This document shows, in pieces, positions 12,684 to 23,429 of a stretch of 50,115 nt of DNA. The first letter of the stretch is position 1. Each line of letters begins with the position of its first letter. Origin of the DNA: Batkoa obscura (Eukaryota). Where the stretch lies: NCBI GenBank assembly GCA_030770535.1, contig JASVEC010000113.1, positions 1 to 50,115 on the forward strand, read 5' to 3'. Below the pieces are notes generated by a model. The model was not told the origin of the DNA. It made no database searches and worked only from the letters and a program-made list of their open reading frames with translations. The position numbers and the translations under genes were made by a program.

Positions 12684-13717
12684 ATGGCTGCTCAAATCTC
12701 TAAGAAACGTAAGGTATGTAAAGAGTAGTTTAATTAAACAAAAGATTGAAGACGGAATAAGAAGCTTTATTAATGGATGTATGACTTCAGTTAGTACAAA
12801 AACTAAAAGAAGGACCAATATGTAAGTCAAAAGCACAATTCAATCTTAATGTAGTATGATGATACCTATTATTATTTTTCTGACACCTCTTGTTTGAAGG
12901 CTATTTTAGTCTAATGCACGCAATCAACTACTGATACTACAAATTTTTTTTATTTAATTATATCAATTTGTATGAATGTATACTAAAATTTTCGATAGTT
13001 TGTAGCTGATGGTGTATTCTATGCCGAACTCAACGAATTCTTCCAACGTGAATTAGCCGCTGAAAATTACGCTGGTGTTGAAGTACGTGTCACCCCAGCC
13101 CGTACTGAAATTATCCTCAGAGTATCTCAACCACAAAAGGTACTTGGTGAAAAAGGACGCCGTATCCGTGAACTTACTTCTTTAGTTCAAAAACGTTTCA
13201 ATTTCCCAAAAGATGCCGTTGAGCTTTATATTGAACGTATCTCTGCTCCAGGTCTTTGCGCCGTTGCTCAATGTGAATCTCTTAAATTCAAACTTCTCAA
13301 CGGTCTTGCTGTCCGTCGTGCTGCCCATGGTGTCCTCCGTTACATTATGGAATCTGGTGCCAAAGGTTGTGAAGTTGTTGTCTCTGGTAAACTCCGTGCT
13401 GCTCGTGCTAAATCTATGAAATTCGCTGATGGTTTCATGATTCACTCCGGTCAACCAGCTAAAGATTTCATCGATACCGCTGTTCGTCACGTTCTTATGC
13501 GCCAAGGTGTTTTAGGTCTTAAAGTTAAAATTATGCTTGACTGGGATCCAACTGGTAAACTTGGTCCAAAGAAACCTCTTCCAGATATGGTTACTATTCT
13601 TGAGCCAAAGGAAGAAGTCCCAATTACTGAACCTATTTCAGAAGATTTCAAACGTCCTGAAGATACCCAGCTCCAGCTCCAGCTAAAACTGAGGAACAAG
13701 CCCCAGTTGAAGCTTAA
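12684..13717 (+). CDS. RPS3: 40S ribosomal protein S3 (uS3)
   Basis: Exon 1 (12684-12713) [10 protein letters not shown]; intron 12714-12998; exon 2 [15 protein letters not shown]...[18 protein letters not shown]...[26 protein letters not shown]. Restoring one C at 13666-13668 gives the typical tail [16 protein letters not shown] (TAA 13715-13717). Pyrimidine tract CTTCCTCTT just upstream of the ATG. Confidence 0.97.
12850..12941 (+). ncRNA. Intronic box C/D snoRNA in the RPS3 intron
   Basis: Terminal stem TGTAGTA (12850-12856) / TACTACA (12935-12941); box C ATGATGA 12856-12862; box D' CTGA 12880-12883; degenerate C' near 12893-12900; box D CTGA 12931-12934, ~60 nt upstream of the 3' splice site. 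The intron is ~5x longer than most others here. Target not identified. Confidence 0.85.
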
Positions 13718-13759
13718 ATTCATAAATAAATAGTATTTATTTTATTTTACTTTTTTAAC

Positions 13760-15368
13760 ATGTTTTTTGCCTACCAACTGAAATTAAACAAGGTTCGACC
13801 ATTTTTTTTGAAATTTAATAAACACCCATATACTTCAAAAGGTAGTTAATATATATATATTAGTCATTTAGTTAATTTTAGATTTATGGAATAAACTTAA
13901 TTTAAACCATGGGTTTACCAATGCCCTGTCTACGTTTGGTATTGAAGCTCCAAACTCTCTTCAATTAAAAGTAAAGATATTTTTTATTTTCAATTCGTAT
14001 ATTTAACTATCTAGGTAATTCCCAAAATCCAAACAAAAAAGGATCTAGTGGTAACAGCTGAAACAGGTTCTGGGAAGACATTAGGTAAAATTAAACATAA
14101 TTTACATCAAATCTAATCTATTTTAGCTTATCTACTCCCATTAATTCAAGAAATAATCCATTCAGATACCATTTATCCGATAAAACATCCACATGCTATT
14201 ATTCTTGTACCAAATAAAGAGTTGGCATGGCAAGTTGGTAGTGTAATCAAAAGTATTTTATATCATCTTGAAAATAATAGAGTAGAAATAGCGTTTGATA
14301 AAACAAAAATTTTACAAAATAATCAAGGACAAAATAAAGTTATCCTTATTTCAACCCTTCTGCTTTGGTAGATGATAATCAATCTTCCTTCAAAACTACC
14401 CTCAAATCTCTTAATACTTGCAATACTATTGTTGTTGATGAAGCTGACTTGCTTCTTTCACGTTCTTATGGTGGAAAAACTGAAGCTTTGTTGGCACAAT
14501 TGACTAAAGCAAATAAGTTCGAAAAGCAAAAGCAGTTTGTTTTTGTTGGGGCTTCTTTAGATCCTTCCTCATCTAAAAAAGCAATAAAAACTTACTTGAA
14601 AAAGAAGTTTCCCAAAGCACTTTACTTTGACTCTAGAAAAAAGCACAAAACCGTTGATACTTTGAGTGAAAGCTTTATAAAAGCTCCCAATAAACTTTCT
14701 TCAAGTGAATTGTTTACCTGGAAGTTGAGCCATATAATAGGCGAATTGAAACAAGAAAGGAACTGCTCTTCCCCGAAGCATAATGAAAAATTGCCTAGAC
14801 TAGCGCTTGTGTTTTTTAATTCTATTGAAAATGTCAAACAATTTCATGAGCAATTATCAACTATTTTCAACTATGATCATTCTATACTTTGTATTGATCT
14901 ACATAAAGAATTACCAAAAAAAGAACGTGAAGATAAATTAAAGTTATTAAAATTCGGGCCTGGAACTAATGAGCTTCAAGACAAAAACCCAGGATTAATT
15001 ATTGTATGTACAACGGATATAATGGCAAGAGGAATCGATTTAGAAAATCTGAACTTAGTGATACAAGCTGATTTTCCTTTTAATATCTCAACTTATTTAC
15101 ATAGAGCTGGAAGAACCGCAAGAGCTGGAAGACCTGGAAAAGGTACTAACTCTACTAATTTCAGATGTGATTAATATTTTTAGTTTTGAGCTATGTTATG
15201 GAAAGCGACTTGTTATTAGCAACTGAGATAGAAACGCTCAAAAACATGAAAACGAAAGTTAACAAGGGGCACTTAAATGAGGAAGTTGGAAGCTTTGACG
15301 GACTTTTTTCAAGAAGAAGATCTTTAAATAGAAAACTTAAAGCTAAAAACGCCATAGAGGACCCATAG
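13760..15368 (+). CDS. DEAD-box RNA helicase, probably mitochondrial (MRH4/DDX28-like), multi-exon
   Basis: Spliced frame: basic, acid-free N-terminus MFFAYQLKLNKVRPFFLKFNKHPY, Q-motif P..LQ, AETGSGKTLAYLLP, ILVPNKELAWQV, VVDEAD, TDIMARGID, YLHRAGRTARAG and C-terminal FSRRRSLNRKLK. Confidence 0.85.
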
Positions 15369-15735
15369 AATGCTGATAATAGTCATCAATAGCTTCTTAT
15401 AATCATATTTGAATAAAAATAAGTCCACAAAAAGAGCTAAAATTGGAAAAGATTACAATTTGTATTATTATTACATACGACGTATATAGATATTTCAAAG
15501 GTTATATTAAAAAGTATAGTATTTAACTATTAGGTCTGGTATATTGCATATTATGTGTTATAAATTAGGCTTAACTTAAAATTTCCAATTGACGTTTAAA
15601 ATCTTTTAAAAACTATTATGTAGTTACCAATATTTGCTACCTTTTTTAATTTGTGAACTTATTATCTTTAAATAATCACTCGAAAAAAAGTAAAGTAATG
15701 ATACAGTTGATAAAGTTAAAGTACCATATTTTATT

Positions 15736-16111
15736 CTATTTTTTTTGGTTATTTAAAAAATCTTTGCTTGTTAAAGTTTGCCAAATTCTTTCAGTTCTAT
15801 GTGATACATAGGGAGTAAGCTATATAATAAATTATTAATAGGCTTTAATCAAATAGTTTATTTTACCTCAAATCCTTCTAAATTTGGAACAACATAATGT
15901 CTAACTTTATAAGGATTTATCATATATTGACCTGTTTATTTCGTTATTAAGCAATTATATATTATATTACATTATACTATATTTGTTTACCTCTTTTTGT
16001 AAAACGGCCATGAGAACCAGTACCGGTACCTTTATAGTAATTGTGACCTCTCTTACGGATCATTGGCTCTCTTACAGCCCCTCTATAAAGTGCTTTTACT
16101 ATACCAAACAT
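15736..16111 (-). CDS. MRPL27: Mitochondrial ribosomal protein mL41 (MRP-L27 family), three exons; not in the ORF track
   Basis: Exon 1 MFGIVKALYRGAVREPMIRKRGHNYYKGTGTGSHGRFTKRG; exon 2 QYMINPYKVRHYVVPNLEGFE; exon 3 LTPYVSHRTERIWQ..*. The YYKG.G...G..T..G, Y.VP.L and L.PYVS motifs are characteristic; splice sites are GT-AG. Confidence 0.9.
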
Positions 16112-16255
16112 TTAAATTAGTTAAAAAGTGAATTGGAAATTTCGAAAATTAAAATACTATAATTCAAAATATTAGTTTTTGATTGGCTGTAATGAATACT
16201 AGAAATTATATTTATTCAAAAATAATGAAAATCTCAGTAATACTCTTTAGACATA

Positions 16256-17111
16256 ATGGCTACGTTAAAATTAGGCGCTTTAGTTGTCAGGACTTTAGCT
16301 AAACCAGGTATGGCAATGCTTTTAAAGATGCTAGGTCATTTATAAATTTATTTCTTAAATTTTTATCATTTTAGTTGCGAATTCATTAAAAAATCAAACC
16401 AAAAATAGTGATTTATTTAAATCTTTTTGTATTGGGATTGCACAAGTAACTTTTCATAAATTGATACCGTTATTTGTACTAAAAATTATAGCAAGAGCTA
16501 TCATAGAATCGATATGAAGCTAAAGATGAATTTTTTAGGATATGAAAAAGAGCGTATAAGACCGCTTTCCGATAGCAGGTATTTCGATTTTTACAACTAA
16601 AGTATATTGGATATCTCATATAGCTATCAGGGCAGTAGAATTAGGCTCCAATTTTCTGAGCGAGTTTTTAATTTTTTCAGTAGCTGCTGGGATCATAGGG
16701 TACGAGGCTTATAGATCCAAAGTGAATGCTTCAACAAGAAAAGTGTATGTTGATGATGCCATTGATGACTTTAAGTCCCATTATGATGAATATCAGTTGG
16801 AAAGGAAAAAAAACCATGAAACATTAATAGAACTACAAAAACAAGTGCATCAGCTTAGTTCGCTCAACGAGATCAATACAAAATTGCTTTATTCATTTAT
16901 TAACTCTTTAAACAGTAATAATGATAAGTCAGAGAGTACTAAAGATATATTAAAAGAAGTGGAAAAAGCAAAGGAGGCTTTGGATGTTATTGAAAAGCAG
17001 AGGAAAGAGTTACTAGATAAGGATAAAAAGAGCGAACCCAAAGCTACAATTAAAAGTAAAGAGTCTTTGGAACGAAATAACGAAGTTATAATCATTAATA
17101 AAAAGGACTGA
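16256..17111 (+). CDS. OPA3-like mitochondrial protein, multi-exon
   Basis: MATLKLGALVVRTLAKP|VANSLK..F..FCIGIAQ|..HRIDMKLKM..IRPLSDS|RAVELGSNFLSEFLIFSVA matches the OPA3 family pattern; coiled-coil C-terminus. Confidence 0.85.
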
Positions 17112-17465
17112 TCTTCGAAATAGTCTGTCATAATAAAAATAATTTTAAATTTTAAATTTTGTTGTATTTATGTTTTGGATTTTTTTAATTAAATAATTCA
17201 GAATCGAAGGGAAATGCTGTTGTATTCTTAGAATAAATTTTTTGAAAATTAACGTCTTTGGATAACAACACTTATTAAAGAAAACCCAGAAATTTAACTT
17301 AGTTACTACGCCATGTTATTTCCTAATGAATATGTAAAAATTCAACACTTTATAGGTATTAATTATAAGTATATAAATGAAGTTGATAACATAAATCTCC
17401 AGTACAATAATCTTACTCTTACTAAATATGAAAACTAAAATAACTATCCAAAATAGTTTATAGTT

Positions 17466-17564
17466 GGGGATGTATTTTTGTGTTTAAGAATTTAACTAAT
17501 AATCTTTTCGCTCAAACAACGCTTAAGAAATGGAAAAAGTGATGAAATCAAAAAAAACATCCTC
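17466..17564. mobile_element. MITE family A with AGTT TSD
   Basis: AGTT at 17462-17465 and 17565-17568 flanks GGGGATGT...ACATCCTC. Confidence 0.9.
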
Positions 17565-18004
17565 AGTTGTTAATTGTGTTTTAAAAAAATTATAAAAAAT
17601 CTATTTAAATTATAAATCAATGCTCAATCTTTATATAAAAGCGATATAGTTAATGTTCCTTCATATATTTTCTACTTAAATACGATATAGTAATATTAAG
17701 TAAAGTAAAATAAAAACTAGCTATATATCTTATTTAATGATTAGATCTTTTACGATTTAAGATATAAACTGCAAACTATCTTTATTTTAATTATTGTTAA
17801 ATAAAATTTTAAACCCGTATTTCTATAGTATTAAATAGCATACACTTGAATATTTTTTTTTTTTTTATTTTATAATTTTTATTTGTTTATTTACATAATA
17901 TCAAATTTGTAAATGTTCAAAATTTAAAATAATATTACAATCTATAGTAAAGTTCAACTATTGTATTAGATTCTTGAATTAAATAATAATTTAAAAATCG
18001 ATAT

Positions 18005-18101
18005 GGGGTGTTTTTTTTAGCTTCATTACTTTTTCCATCTTTTAAGCACTATTGAGCGGAAAAATTGTTAGTAAAATTCTTAAATATAAAAATATATCAC
18101 T
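18005..18101. mobile_element. MITE family A
   Basis: ATAT flanks; consensus core in reverse orientation. Confidence 0.85.
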
Positions 18102-19014
18102 ATATATTATTTTACCTTGTACTTTATTTTTGAAATTTTATATCAATATAAGCAAACATAATGTTAGAATATATAAAAATAATTAAAAAGTTTAAACAAG
18201 ATAAATCAAAATGACAACTTTTTAATTTTGGCACATGAACTTTAACTTTAACTTTAACATAAACCTGGTAATATTATTCTCCTTAATAACCTCTTCCTAT
18301 TATAATAAAGGTCATTGATATCAGATAACTTTTTTTAAATATTCCCTACCTGCGCTTCTTACTATAATTAGGTCTATATTTCTCTATATCATAGTATCCC
18401 ATATTAAAAAATTGCATAGCTCTTGCATTATTGACTGCTTATAGTTATTCCTTATCTTCAAACGTTTAATTACTAAGGAATCCTCTTCAATGCTTCACCA
18501 GAAGGACTTACATGGAGATTCACTATACTTTTCATCAACTCTTCGGTCTTTTACTTAGTTACTTCGCTTATCTATTATAAAGCCTTTTATCTATTCAATG
18601 GCTACTTTACCTACCTTTTAATTTACTCCAGAATAGGTATTGCTAATGTTTTATAGATTATCATAGGATTTATTAAATTTAAAGAAACACTTTTATAGAG
18701 TTTTCCTTTTATATTAGCAAATAAGATTTATCATTAGTAACAATAATTTATAAGTTTCACAATATATATTAAATATCAAACATACAAATGGACAAACCAT
18801 TCATTTTAAAGGTCAATTATATATATTATAAGAACATAATAAAAGGGTACCTAAGTTTCAAAAGCTTTACGATTAAAAGCAAGCTACTTTTAAATCAAAT
18901 ATTTTTAAAATAGTAAAATGAGAAATGGCAATAAAGCCATATGTAGTATATTTCGATAAAAAGACGTCTATTAAAAGTATGTTTTCATATTCAGATTGTT
19001 TAGTAGTAGCATAT

Positions 19015-19112
19015 GGGGGTGTTTTTTTTGGCTTCATTACTTTTCCATCTTTTAAGCGCTATTTGAGTGGAAAAATTATTAGTAAAACTCTTAAACACAT
19101 AAATACATCCCC
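19015..19112. mobile_element. MITE family A
   Basis: GGGGGTGT...ACATCCCC with ATAT flanks. Confidence 0.9.
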
Positions 19113-19971
19113 ATATATTGACCATAATATATAATATAGCATTTTAAACAATAACTAGTTATAATTTTGAAGTGATTGCAAAAACTTTCAATAATCTAAT
19201 TTCACATAATTTATTTTATAATTTTGGGCAATTTTTTGGAAATTGAAAATGAATGATGAAAATTTGCTTCAGATGGCGTGATTTCAAATGAATATTAGTC
19301 TATTTTTTAAGAGATGATACCATCCCACGTTTACCCCTATCATCCAATAAAATGCAGCATATATTTATTTGATTTGATTTATTCCAATCAAGGATATAGT
19401 TTAAGTTTCGTCATCCACATAAACTAGATCTTAAATTTAAGAATAAAATTATTAAAGTAAAAAAAGCAACAATTAAAGTAGATAGAACATTCAAAATTAC
19501 ATATGGATATGGTACATTAAACTATTTCATGACTCTTTAAATTGGATACACCAATCAAAAATCGACATTGTCTACTTTTATCATCCAATTCCACCTTCTT
19601 TCATCCAGATGTTTTATTGGTTTCTGGTAGTACTATTCGGGGTTGTTAGCTTTGGAGCTAAATTTAGAAATAATTTCACACTAGTAAAAAGATAGTCAAC
19701 TTTATGGTTTATAAAAACAAGTTGTTATAACCCAAAATTAATATAGTTATAAGATACTCTAAAGATACCTTTACTTCATATAAACCAGCAGCCTTTACTT
19801 ATTTAATTTACATCTCCCAGATTATATAATTTTAGGATTTATTAATAACTATTTTTGACTTTTAGTTATTAATTTTCAGGAAGTAAGTATGAAGAGATTT
19901 GATTGGTTCAATTAAATTTTGCTAAAACTTATGAAAAATCAATAAATAATAAAAATGATAAGGACAAAAAG

Positions 19972-20082
19972 TATATAAAGGACAAGAAAGTAGGGAGTAA
20001 AATATAAGTAATTTTTGATCTATCATAAACTCTGTAAGTTTGTTTTTATAATTTTGATTTCATTTAATAATATTTAATATAG
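19972..20082 (+). promoter_or_regulatory. MET6 TATA box and probable 5'-UTR intron
   Basis: TATATAAA at 19972-19979; GTAAGT...TAG (20034-20082) has typical intron size and ends 12 nt before the ATG. Confidence 0.5.
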
Positions 20083-20094
20083 ACAATAATAAAA

Positions 20095-22392
20095 ATGGTT
20101 GTTGCTACTAATTTAGGTTTCCCTCGTATGGGTGCTAACCGTGAGCTTAAAAAGGCTGTTGAAGCTTATTGGGCTGGTAAGGCTTCAGAACAAGAATTAC
20201 AACAGGTTGCAAAAGACCTCCGTTCCAAGCACTGGAAAATCCAAAAGGATGCTGGTATTGAACAAATCCCATCCAACGATTTTTCATTCTATGATCATGT
20301 ACTTGATGCTGCTCACACTTTCGGTGTTATCCCACAAAAATATGCCCATCTTAAACATGGGTTAGAGTCTTTTTTCGCTATGGGTCGTGGTCTCCAACGC
20401 CAAGCTGGCGCTGATGTTGAAGCTGTCGATGTTCCAGCTCAAGAGATGAAAAAATGGTTTGATACTAACTATCATTATATTGTCCCAGAATTCACTGCTG
20501 ACCAAGAATTCAAACTTAACAACACTAAACCAGTTGATGAGTATCTTGAAGCTAAAGCTTTAGGCATTGAAACCAGACCAGTCATCCTTGGTCCAATTTC
20601 GTTCTTAAAACTCGGTAAGTCAGCTAAAGGACAAAGTGTAGAGCCAATCACTCTTTTAGGTAAACTTATTCCTGTTTATGAACAACTCTTCAAAAAACTA
20701 GCTGAGGCTGGTGCCAAGAATGTTCAAGTTGATGAACCTATCTTGGTTCTTGATCAACCTGAATCTCTTGCTGCTTCTTATAAACAAGCTTATGATGTTC
20801 TTTCAAAGGCTGGTCTTAACATTTTAATCACAACCTACTTCGGTCGCGTTGATTCAAATATCTCTTTCCTTACCCAACTTCCAGTAAATGCCATCCATAT
20901 TGATCTTATCCGTGCTCCGGAACAGCTTACCACTGTTCTCTCTAAGATTAGTCCTCACCAATCCCTTTCTCTTGGTGTTGTTGATGGACGTAACATCTGG
21001 AAAGCCAATCTTGCCGCTGCTATTGAAACTGTTCAAAAGGCTGCTTCAGTGCTTGGAGAAGATCGTGTTTTAGTTGCTCCTTCTTCCTCCCTCCTTCACA
21101 CTCCACATTCTATTGAAAGTGAAACCAAGATGGATAAAGAAATCCTTGACTGGTTATCTTTCTCAGTAGAAAAAGTACATGAAATCTCAATCATTGCTAA
21201 GGCTGTTAGGAACGGAGTTGAATCCGTCAAAGCTGAACTTGATGCTAATGCTAAATCATTAAAATCTCGTAGCTCCTCTTCTCGTATCCATCGTAAAGAA
21301 GTTAAAGATCGTCTTGAATCTATCTCCCCAGAACATCTTAAACGTAAGTCAGAATTCCCAGAACGTCAAGCTAAGCAACAAGCTAAACTTAACCTTCCCA
21401 AATTCCCAACTACCACTGTTGGTTCCTTCCCACAAACTAAAGAAGTCCGTCTTGCTCGTTCCAAAGTAAAGAAGGGTGAATGGACCCCAGAACAATATGA
21501 TGAGTTCATTAAGAAGGAAGTTGAAAAATGTGTTCGTTTCCAAGAAGATGCTGAGATCGATGTCCTTGTCCATGGTGAATTTGAGCGTAATGATATGGTT
21601 GAATTCTTTGGTGAAAACTTTGAAGGTCATGTCTTCACTCAAAACGGCTGGGTACAATCCTATGGTTCTAGATGCGTTAAACCACCAGTTATTTATGGTG
21701 ATGTTTCCCGTTCTCGTCCAATCACTGTCTACTGGTCTCAATATGCTCAATCATTAACCAAGAAGCCAATGAAAGGTATGTTGACTGGGCCAATCACTTG
21801 TCTTCAATGGTCCTTTGTACGTGATGATCAACCACGTAAAGATACTGCCAACCAACTTGCTTTCGCTATTCGTGATGAAGTTAAAGATCTTGAAGCTGCT
21901 GGTATCCCAGCCATTCAAATTGATGAACCAGCTATCCGTGAAGGCCTTCCACTCCGTCGTGCTGATTGGGAAGCTTACCTTCAATGGGCTGTTGATGCCT
22001 TCTTACTCTCCTCAACTGGGGTTGAAGATGTCACTCAAATCCACACTCATATGTGCTACTCTGATTTCAATGATATTTTCCCATCCATCAAACGCATGGA
22101 TGCTGATGTCATAACTATTGAAAACTCAAAGTCTGACCTCAAATTACTTAATGCTTTTGAACAACACTCTTACACTAACGAAATTGGTCCAGGTCTTTAT
22201 GATATTCACTCACCTCGTGTTCCTTCCGTTGAAGAAATGAAAGAGCGTGTTGCTGCTATGCTTAAATACCTCCCAACTGGACTCCTTTGGATCAACCCAG
22301 ATTGTGGTCTTAAAACTCGTGGATGGCCAGAGGTTGAAGCTGCTCTTCGTAATATGACTGAAGTTGCTAAATCTTTCCGTTCAAGCAATTAA
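20095..22392 (+). CDS. MET6: Cobalamin-independent methionine synthase
   Basis: LGFPRMGANRELKKA, MKKWFDTNYHY, PTTTVGSFPQT, HGEFERNDMV, HTHMCYS, WINPDCGLKTR; strongly biased codon usage. Confidence 0.98.
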   Translation: MVVATNLGFPRMGANRELKKAVEAYWAGKASEQELQQVAKDLRSKHWKIQKDAGIEQIPSNDFSFYDHVLDAAHTFGVIPQKYAHLKHGLESFFAMGRGLQRQAGADVEAVDVPAQEMKKWFDTNYHYIVPEFTADQEFKLNNTKPVDEYLEAKALGIETRPVILGPISFLKLGKSAKGQSVEPITLLGKLIPVYEQLFKKLAEAGAKNVQVDEPILVLDQPESLAASYKQAYDVLSKAGLNILITTYFGRVDSNISFLTQLPVNAIHIDLIRAPEQLTTVLSKISPHQSLSLGVVDGRNIWKANLAAAIETVQKAASVLGEDRVLVAPSSSLLHTPHSIESETKMDKEILDWLSFSVEKVHEISIIAKAVRNGVESVKAELDANAKSLKSRSSSSRIHRKEVKDRLESISPEHLKRKSEFPERQAKQQAKLNLPKFPTTTVGSFPQTKEVRLARSKVKKGEWTPEQYDEFIKKEVEKCVRFQEDAEIDVLVHGEFERNDMVEFFGENFEGHVFTQNGWVQSYGSRCVKPPVIYGDVSRSRPITVYWSQYAQSLTKKPMKGMLTGPITCLQWSFVRDDQPRKDTANQLAFAIRDEVKDLEAAGIPAIQIDEPAIREGLPLRRADWEAYLQWAVDAFLLSSTGVEDVTQIHTHMCYSDFNDIFPSIKRMDADVITIENSKSDLKLLNAFEQHSYTNEIGPGLYDIHSPRVPSVEEMKERVAAMLKYLPTGLLWINPDCGLKTRGWPEVEAALRNMTEVAKSFRSSN

Positions 22393-22592
22393 TTTTACTA
22401 TTTTTAATTTGTATTTATTCTTCAACAGGTGTAAATCATGAATACCACCTTTTTTGTTTGAGTTAAAAGTAACCTTTTTAATTCTATAGTTTCTTCAACA
22501 GATTAACTAAAATAATAAAAATTTTCAATGTTTTTAAACTTGTTACTTTTATGTTTTTATTTGGTGTTTTTATTCATACTATGTTAAAACAT

Positions 22593-22691
22593 GGGAGTGT
22601 CTTTTTTGACTTCATTATTTTTTCCATTCTTTAAGTGCTATTTAAGCGGAAAATTTGTTAGTAAAATTATCAAATACAAAAATACATCCCC
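22593..22691. mobile_element. MITE family A between the convergent MET6 and I9-like genes
   Basis: GGGAGTGT...ACATCCCC, ACAT/ATAT flanks. Confidence 0.9.
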
Positions 22692-22856
22692 ATATGCAAG
22701 TGATGCTTTGTTTATATAGAACTTATGACAAGGTAAAGCATCTAATTATGCACTCATAAAAAAAATTTAATTTAAAACAATAAAAATTTATAAACTAGAA
22801 GAATATAAGACTATTTTAAAAAGACAATAGTAATTATAAATATAGCTTTATTTCAA

Positions 22857-23105
22857 TTACATAAAAACAAGTGGTGAAATAGTGTCAACATTAGGGTTAC
22901 TCTCTACAGTGTTATAGATGTCATTAGGTATGCTAGCCAAAAACATTCTCTGAGCAGGTAATCCTTGTTCACTCACTTGGTCATTGATACTGTTTGAATC
23001 TTTAATAACTTTGCCATAAGATTTGTAGATATAGTCACTGATCTCTTTTTCTGCCGAATCACTAGCATCTTGCTTTAAGGTTATATAATACTTTGGAGGT
23101 TCCAT
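22857..23105 (-). CDS. Small peptidase inhibitor I9 / subtilisin-propeptide-like protein
   Basis: 82 aa: YYITLK...G.V.......FLASIP......V.SNPNVDTI fits the I9 beta-alpha-beta-beta-alpha-beta pattern; no signal peptide. Confidence 0.55.
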   Translation of the reverse strand: MEPPKYYITLKQDASDSAEKEISDYIYKSYGKVIKDSNSINDQVSEQGLPAQRMFLASIPNDIYNTVESNPNVDTISPLVFM

Positions 23106-23429
23106 TTTGCTTGTTTTTAATAGTTAAGAATAGAAATTGATTTTGTTTTTAGAATTGTTGATAGACCTTTTATAAAAGTCATGACATCACTATGTGTTAA
23201 TTGATGGATTTTTTTGAAGTTGGGTTTGAGTCTAAAGCTGTAATTTTATAAGGGATGTAGTACTAAAATCAAAGTAACCAATTAAAATTAATCTGTTATT
23301 TAACCAATTAAATTCAAATAAACTTGACTTCTGCTACGTGGCTAAAAATTAAATTTTCAAGAATAGATTGAAACGAATTTATAACTAGAAACTATAAGTG
23401 AGTTAAACTTTTTATACCATTTAAGCAGA

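Noticed and set aside
15998..16099. Apparent multi-branched ncRNA with twin CTCTCTTAC loops, a CTTTATAG/CTATAAAG stem and a GTACCGGTAC palindrome
   Set aside because: It is exon 1 of the mL41 gene on the minus strand (RGAVREPMIRKRGHNYYKGTGTG); coding sequence explains the GC content and the repeats.
20132..22388. Overlapping and antisense ORFs within MET6 (similarly within RPS3, OLE1, the DAACS gene and MYO1)
   Set aside because: Shadow ORFs of biased coding sequence with no independent motifs.
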